Shown here piece after piece: positions 27,690 through 34,482 of a stretch of 34,482 nucleotides of DNA (its first letter is position 1; every line of letters begins with the position of its first letter). Origin of the DNA: Octopus bimaculoides (Eukaryota); assembly GCF_001194135.2 (NCBI RefSeq), contig NC_069004.1, positions 32,828,319 to 32,862,800 on the forward strand, in the 5' to 3' direction. The notes below the pieces were generated by a model. The model did no database searches. It saw nothing but the letters and a program-made list of their open reading frames with translations, and was not told the origin of the DNA. The position numbers and the translations under genes are program-made.

Positions 27690-30600
27690 AATAAACATAA
27701 ATAAATAAATAAACATATAAATAAATAAATATATATGAATAAATATAATGAACGAATGAACAAACGAAAGAACGATCAAACGCACGTACGTACGTAAGCA
27801 CATATGTACGTAGGTACGTACGTACGTACGAATGAATTAATGTACGTACGTACGTACCTACGGACAAAAGAGCGAACGAATGAACAAACTAACGACCGAA
27901 CGCACGTACGTACGAACGGACAGATGTGAGTACGTACGTACGTACGAAAAACGAACGAACGAAAGAACGTACGTACGTTCATAAGTAAGTACGTACGAAC
28001 GATCCAAAGAACGAACGTACGTACATTACTAAATACGAACGAACGAACGAACGTACGTGCGTTAGAATGACCGAACGTACGTAGGCGCGTACATTCGTTA
28101 CTTTGTTCGTTTGTTCGTTCGTTCGTACGTACATATGTACCTACGTTCGTTCATTCGATTGTTCTTTCGTTCGTTTGTTCGTACGTACATACGTACGTTC
28201 GTTCTTTCAATCTTTCGCTCGCTCGTTCGTTCGTACGTACGTACTTTCGTTCGTTCTTTCGTTTGTTCGTTCGTTCTTTCGTTTGTTCGTTCGTTCGTTC
28301 AATCGTTCGTTCGTTCGTTTGTTCCGTCGTACGTACGCTTGTTCGTTCGTTCGTACGTATGTACCTATATTTGTTCGTTAATTCGTTTGTTCGATCGTTC
28401 GTTCCTTCTTTCGTTCATTCGTTCGTTCGTTAATTCTTTCCTTCGTTAGTTCTTACGTACGTACTTAGGTTCTTTCATTCGTTTCTTTCATGTTTCGTAC
28501 GTACGTACATACGTGCGTTCGTTCGTTCGTTCGTTCCTACGTACGTACGTGCGTACATTCGTTCGTTCATTTGTTTGTTCGTTCCTTCGTTGTTACGTAC
28601 GTACGGATGGATTTACATTCGTTCGTACGTACGTAATTACGTTCGTTCGTTCTTACGTACTTTCTTTCGTTCGTTCGATCGTTCGTTCGTACTTACGTAC
28701 GTACGTACCTTCGTTCGTTCGTACTTACGTACATACGTACGTTCGTTCGTTCTTTCGTTCGTTCGTTCGTTCTTTCGTTCGTTCGTTCGTTCGTTCTTAC
28801 GTTCATTCGTTACTTCGTTCTTTCCTTCGTTTGCTCGTTCGATCGTTCGTATGTACGTACGTTCATTCATTCGTACGTACGTACGCTCATTCGTACGTAC
28901 GTACGCTCGTTCGTACGTTCATTCATGCGTATGTACGTACATACGTTCAATCGTTCTTTCGTTCGTTCGTACGTACGGACGTACGTTAGTTCTTTCGTTC
29001 GTAGGTACGTACGTTCGTTCGCTCGTTCCTACGTACGGATGTATGTACGTAACGTCGTTTGTTTTTTTGTTCGGTCTTTCTTTCGTTCGCACATGCGTTC
29101 GTTCCTACGTACGTACGTTTGTTCATTCGTTCCTTCGTTTGTTCGTACATACGTACGTATGTACGTTCTTTCGTTTGCTCGATCGTTCGTTCGTTCGTCC
29201 ATTCTTTCGTTACTTTGTTCGTTCTTTCGATCGTTTGTTCATTCGTTTATTTCTTTCGATCGTTCGTTCGTTTGTTTCGTTCGTTCGTTCCTTCGCACGT
29301 ACGTACGTACGTTTCTTCGTTCGTTCGTTCTTTCGTACGTACGTACATTCTTTCGCTCAATCGTTCGTTCATTCTTTCCTACGTTCGTTCGTTCGTACGT
29401 GCGTACGTTCGTTAGTTTGTTCGTTCGTTCGCTCGTTCGTTCGTGCATTCTTTCGTACGTACGTTCGTTCTTTCGTTCGTACGTTCTTTAGTTTGTTCGT
29501 TCGTTCATACGTACGTACATATGTACCTACTTGTGTACATTCGTTTGTTCGTTAGTTCGTTCGTTCGTTTGTTCGTTCGTACATACGTAAGTTCAATTCT
29601 TTATTCGTTCGTTTTTTATTCGTACCTACGTACGTTCATTCGTTCAATCGTTCGTTAGTTCTTTTGTTCTTTCGTACGTACGTAAATCCGTACATACGTG
29701 CGGACGTTCGTTCGTTGCCTCGTTCGTTAGTTCTTTCGTTCTTTCGTACGTACGTACGTACGATCGTTCGTTCATTCGTTCGTTTCATTCGTTCCTTCGT
29801 CCGTCCGTACGTTCGTTCGTTCTGACATACGTTCGTTCGTACGTACGTACGTTCGTTCGTTCTTTCGTTCGTTCGTAATTACGTTCCTTCTTTCATTTAT
29901 TCGTTCGTAGTACGAACTTACGTACGCACGTTCTTTCCTTCCTTCGATTTGTTCATACGTACGTTCGTTCGTACGTACGTACCTTCGTTCGTTCGTACAT
30001 TCGTACGTACGTGCGTTCGTTCATTCGTTCGTTCATTCGTTCGTTCATTCATACAGATGTACGTACGAATATACGCACGCTCGTTCGTTCATTCATACAT
30101 ATGAAACTTCGAATATACGTACGTTCGTTCGTTCGTTCTTTCGTTAGTTCGTTCGCTCATTCGTACGTATGTACGATCATTCGTTCGTTCGTTCGTTCGT
30201 TCCTTCGCACGTACGTACGTACATTTGTTCGTTCGTTCGTTCTTTCGTACATACGTACACTCTTTCGTTCAATCGTTCGTTCATTCTTTCGTACGTTCGT
30301 TCGTTCGGACGTACGTGCGTACGTTCGTTAGCTTGTTCGTTCGTTCGCTCGTTCGTTCGTACGTTCTTTCGCACGTACGTACGTACGTACGAACGAATGA
30401 ACGAAAGAACGTTCGTCCGTTAATTCGTACGTACGTGCGTACGTTCGTTAGTTTGTTCGTTCGTTCATACGTACGTACGTGCATATGTACCTACTTATGT
30501 ACGTTCATTTGTTCGTTCGTTCGTTCGTACATACGTACGATCAATATTTTGTTCGTTCGTTTGTTCGATCGTTCGTTCGATCTTACATACGTACTTACGT

Positions 30601-33600
30601 ACGTAAATCCGTACATACGTGCGGACGTTCGTTCGATCGTTGCCTCGTTCGTTAGTTCTTTCATTCTTTAGTACGGACGTACATACGTTCGTTCATTAGG
30701 TCGTTCGTTCGTTCGTTCGTTTCATTCGTTCGTTTGTCCGTCCGTACGTTCGTTCGTTCTGACATACGTTCGTTCGTACGTACTTACGTTCGTTCGTTCT
30801 TTTGTTCGTTCGTTCTTTCGTTCGTTCGTAATAACGTTCCTTCTTTCGTTTATTCGTTCGTAAGTACCAGCTTACTTACGTACGCACGTTCTTTCCTTCC
30901 TTCCATCATTTGTTCATACGTACGATCGTTCGTACGTACGTACGTTCGTTCGTACGTACGTTCGTTCGTACGTACGTTCGTTCGTTCGTACGTACGTGCG
31001 TTCGTTCGTAAGTACCAGCTTACTTACGTATGCACGTTCTTTCCTTCCTTCCATCATTTGTTCATACGTACGATCGTTCGTACGTACGTACGTTCGTTCG
31101 TACGTACGTTCGTTCGTACGTACGTTCGTTCGTTCGTACGTACGTNNNNNNNNNNGTTCGTACGTACGTTCGTTCGTACGTACGTTCGTTCGTTCGTACG
31201 TACGTGCGTTCGTTCGCACATTCATACGTACGGACGTACCGTCGTTTGTTTGTTCATATCGTCCATTCGCTCACTCGTACGTACGTACGTACGATCATTC
31301 GTTCGTTCGTTCGTTCGTTCGTTTGTTCGTTCGTTCATTCGTTCGCTCGTTCGTTCGTACGTTCTTTCATACATACGTGCGTTCTTTCGTTCATTCGTTC
31401 GTACGTACGTACGTTCGTTCGTTCGTTCATACGTACGTGCGTACGTTCGTTAGTTTGTTCGTTCGTTTTTTTCGTACCTACGTACGTTCGTTCGTTCAAT
31501 CGTTCATTCGTTCGTTCTTACGTTCGTACGTACGTTCGTCCGTTTCGTTGTTCGTTCGTTTGTTCCATCGTTCGTTCGTTCTTGCATACGTACTTACGTA
31601 CGTAAATCCGTACAAACGTGCGGACGTTCGTTCGTTAGTTCTTTCGTTCTTTCGTACGTACGTACGTTCGTTCATTAGGTCGTTCGTTCGTTCGTCCGTT
31701 TCATTCGTTCGTTCGTCCGTCCGTACGTTCGTTCGTTCTGACATACGTTCGTTCGTACGTACGTACGTTCGTTCGTACGTACGTACGTTCGTTCGTTCGA
31801 TCTTACATACGTACTTACGTACGTACGTGCGGACGTTCGTTCGTTAGTTCTTTTGTTCTTTCGTACGGACGTACGTTCGTTCATTAGGTCGTTCGTTCGT
31901 TCGTTCGTNNNNNNNNNNNNNNNNNNNNNNNNNNNNNNNNNNNNNNNNNNNNNNNNNNNNNNNNNNNNNNNNNNNNNNNNNNNNNNNNNNNNNNNNNNNN
32001 NNNNNNNNNNNNNNNNNNNNNNNNNNNNNNNNNNNNNNNNNNNNNNNNNNNNNNNNNNNNNNNNNNNNNNNNNNNNNNNNNNNNNNNNNNNNNNNNNNNN
32101 NNNNNNNNNNNNNNNNNNNNNNNNNNNNNNNNNNNNNNNNNNNNNNNNNNNNNNNNNNNNNNNNNNNNNNNNNNNNNNNNNNNNNNNNNNNNNNNNNNNN
32201 NNNNNNNNNNNNNNNNNNNNNNNNNNNNNNNNNNNNNNNNNNNNNNNNNNNNNNNNNNNNNNNNNNNNNNNNNNNNNNNNNNNNNNNNNNNNNNNNNNNN
32301 NNNNNNNNNNNNNNNNNNNNNNNNNNNNNNNNNNNNNNNNNNNNNNNNNNNNNNNNNNNNNNNNNNNNNNNNNNNNNNNNNNNNNNNNNNNNNGAACATA
32401 CGCACGCTCGTTCGTTCCTTCATACATATGTGAGTTCGAATATACGTACGTTCGTTCGTTCGTTCTTTCTTTTCTTCATTCGTTAGTTCGTTCATATCGT
32501 TCGTTCGCTCATTCGTACTTACGTACATAAGTACGTACGATCATTCGTTTGTTCGTTCGTTCCTTCGCACGTACGTACGTACTTTGTTCGTTCGTTCGTT
32601 CGTTCGTACATACGTACATTTTTTCATTCAATCGTTCGTTCATTCTTTCGTACCGTCATTCGTTCCTACGTACGTGCGTACGTTCATTAGTTTGTTTGTT
32701 CGTTCGTTCGCTCGTTCGTTCGTACGTTCTTTCGTTCATTCGTTCGTACGTACGTACGTACGTACGTACGTACGTTCGTTCGTACGTACGTACGTTCGTT
32801 CGTTCGTTCATACGTACGTGCGTACGTTCGTTAGTTTGTTCGTTCGTTCATACGTACGGACGTACATATGTACCTACTTATGTACGTTCGTTTGTTCGTT
32901 CGTTCGTTCGTTTGTTCGTTCGTTCGTACATACGTGCGTTCAATTCTTTGTTCGTTCGTTTTTTTTTCGTACCTACGTACGTTCGGTCGTTCAATCGTTC
33001 GTTAGTTCGTTCTTTCGTTCGTACGTACGTTCGTCCGTTTCGTTGTTCGTTCGTTTGTTCGATCGTTCGTTCGATCTTACATACGTACTTACGTACGTAA
33101 ATCCGTACAAACGTGCGGACGTTCGTTCGTTGCCACGTTCGTTAGTTCTTTCGTTTTATCGTACGTACGTTNNNNNNNNNNTCGTTCGTTGCCACGTTCG
33201 TTAGTTCTTTCGTTTTATCGTACGTACGTTCGTTCATTAGGTCGTTCGTCCGTCCGTCCGTTCGTTCGTTCTGGCATACGTTCGTTCGTACGTACGTACA
33301 TTCGTTCGTTCGTTCGTTCATTCATATATATGTACGTAGGAACACACGTTCGTTCTTTCGTTCGTTCGTAATTACGTTCCTTCTTTCGTTTATTCGTTCG
33401 TACGTACGTGCGTACGTTCGTTAGTTTGTTCGTTTGCTCGCTCGTTCCTTCATACGTTCTTTCGCACGTTCGTTAGTTTGTGCGTTCGTTCATACGTACG
33501 TACGTACATTTGTACCTACTTATGTACGTTCGTTTGTTCGTTCGTTTGTTCGTTTGTTCGTTCGTACATACGTACGTTCAATTCTTTGTTCGTTCGTTTT

Positions 33601-34482
33601 TTTTGTACCTACGTACGTTCGTTCGTTCAATCGTTCGTTCGTTCGTTCTTTCGTTCGTACGTACGTTCGTCCGTTTCTTTGTTCGTTCGTTTGTTCGATC
33701 GTTCGTTCGATCTTACATACGTACTTAAGTACGTAAATCCGTACATACGTGCGGACGTTCGTTCGTTAGTTAGTTCTTTCGTTCTTTCGTTAGTTCTTTC
33801 GTTCTTTCGTACGGACGTACGTACGTTCGTTCATTAGGTCGTTCGTTTGTCCGTCCGTACGTTCTGACATACGTTCGTTCGTTCTGACATACGCTCGTTC
33901 GTTCGTTCATTTATATATATGTACGTAGGAACATACGTACGTTGCTTCGTTCGTGCGTTCGTTCGTTCGTTCATTTATATATATGTACGTAGGAACATAC
34001 GTACGTTCGTTCGTTCGTTCGTTCGTTCGATTTTTCAATCGTTCGTTAGTTCGTTCTTTCGTTCGTACGTACGTTCGTCAGTTTCTTTGAACGTTCGTTT
34101 GTTCGATCGTTCGTTCGTTCTTACATACGTACTTACGTACGTAAATCCGTACATACGTGCAGACGTTCGTTCGTTGCCTCATTCGTTCGATTTTTCGGAA
34201 TTACGTTCCTTCTATCGTTTATTCTTTCGTAAGTACGAGCTTACTTACGTACGCACGTTCTTTCCTTCCTTCGATCATTTGGTCATACGTACGATCGTTC
34301 GTTCGTACGTACGTACGTTCATTCATACGTATGTACTTACGAACATACGTACGCTCGTTCGTTCATATATACATATGTAAGTTCGAATATACGTACGTTC
34401 GTTCGTACGTACGTACGTTCGTTCGTTCGATCTTACATACGTACTTACGTACGTACGTGCGGACGTTCGTTCGTTAGTTCTT
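27690..34482. repeat. Large CpG-rich tetranucleotide-periodic satellite, (TTCG/TACG)n plus variants, running off the window end
   Basis: Nearly all sequence parses into 4-mers (TTCG, TACG, TTTG, TTCA, TTCT, TTAG, TACA); the proximal ~400 bp is in the opposite (GAAC) orientation; longer landmark motifs recur. Confidence 0.97.

Noticed and set aside
2234-32530. ORFs of 100-359 aa containing long X runs
   Set aside because: They are open only because N gaps contain no stop codons.
28103-34477. Long stacked ORFs (up to 326 aa) reading RSFVRTYV / NERTNVRT
   Set aside because: They arise automatically from stop-poor tetranucleotide repeats in all frames; no coding signature or splice context.
27690-34482. 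Telomere or UUCG-tetraloop RNA interpretation of the satellite
   Set aside because: No TTAGGG-type units, and TTCG lacks the C...G closing-stem context of a C(UUCG)G tetraloop.

Overview
Eukaryotic, AT-rich, repeat-dense animal genomic DNA with about 16 N gaps. The SINE/MITE and microsatellite content suggests a coleoid cephalopod, probably Octopus (inference from recalled repeat types). Positions 402-26953 hold the 3' two-thirds of a + strand FANCD2 (Fanconi anaemia D2) gene. I traced 27 coding exons by hand (about 920 codons) with consistent splice sites and phases, from just before the monoubiquitination lysine (human K561 equivalent, codon 897-899) to TAG at 26951-26953. The 5' exons lie upstream of the window, and two exons are clipped by gaps. 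The introns contain tRNA-headed SINEs, a (GAT)n-tailed retro-element family, TTAA piggyBac-like MITEs, a decayed Tc1 transposon and several hairpins. From about 27690 to the window end runs a >6.7 kb CpG-dense (TTCG/TACG)n satellite with an inverted proximal block. Most interesting observations: a tandemly duplicated 39-nt coding exon (possible mutually exclusive or decaying exon), an array of duplicated 5' splice donors after the exon following the ubiquitination site, a MITE carrying the first poly(A) signal in the 3' UTR, and the satellite. The supplied long ORFs are mostly artefacts of N gaps or tetranucleotide repeats. Human FANCD2 sequence and exon sizes are quoted from memory and need alignment to confirm.
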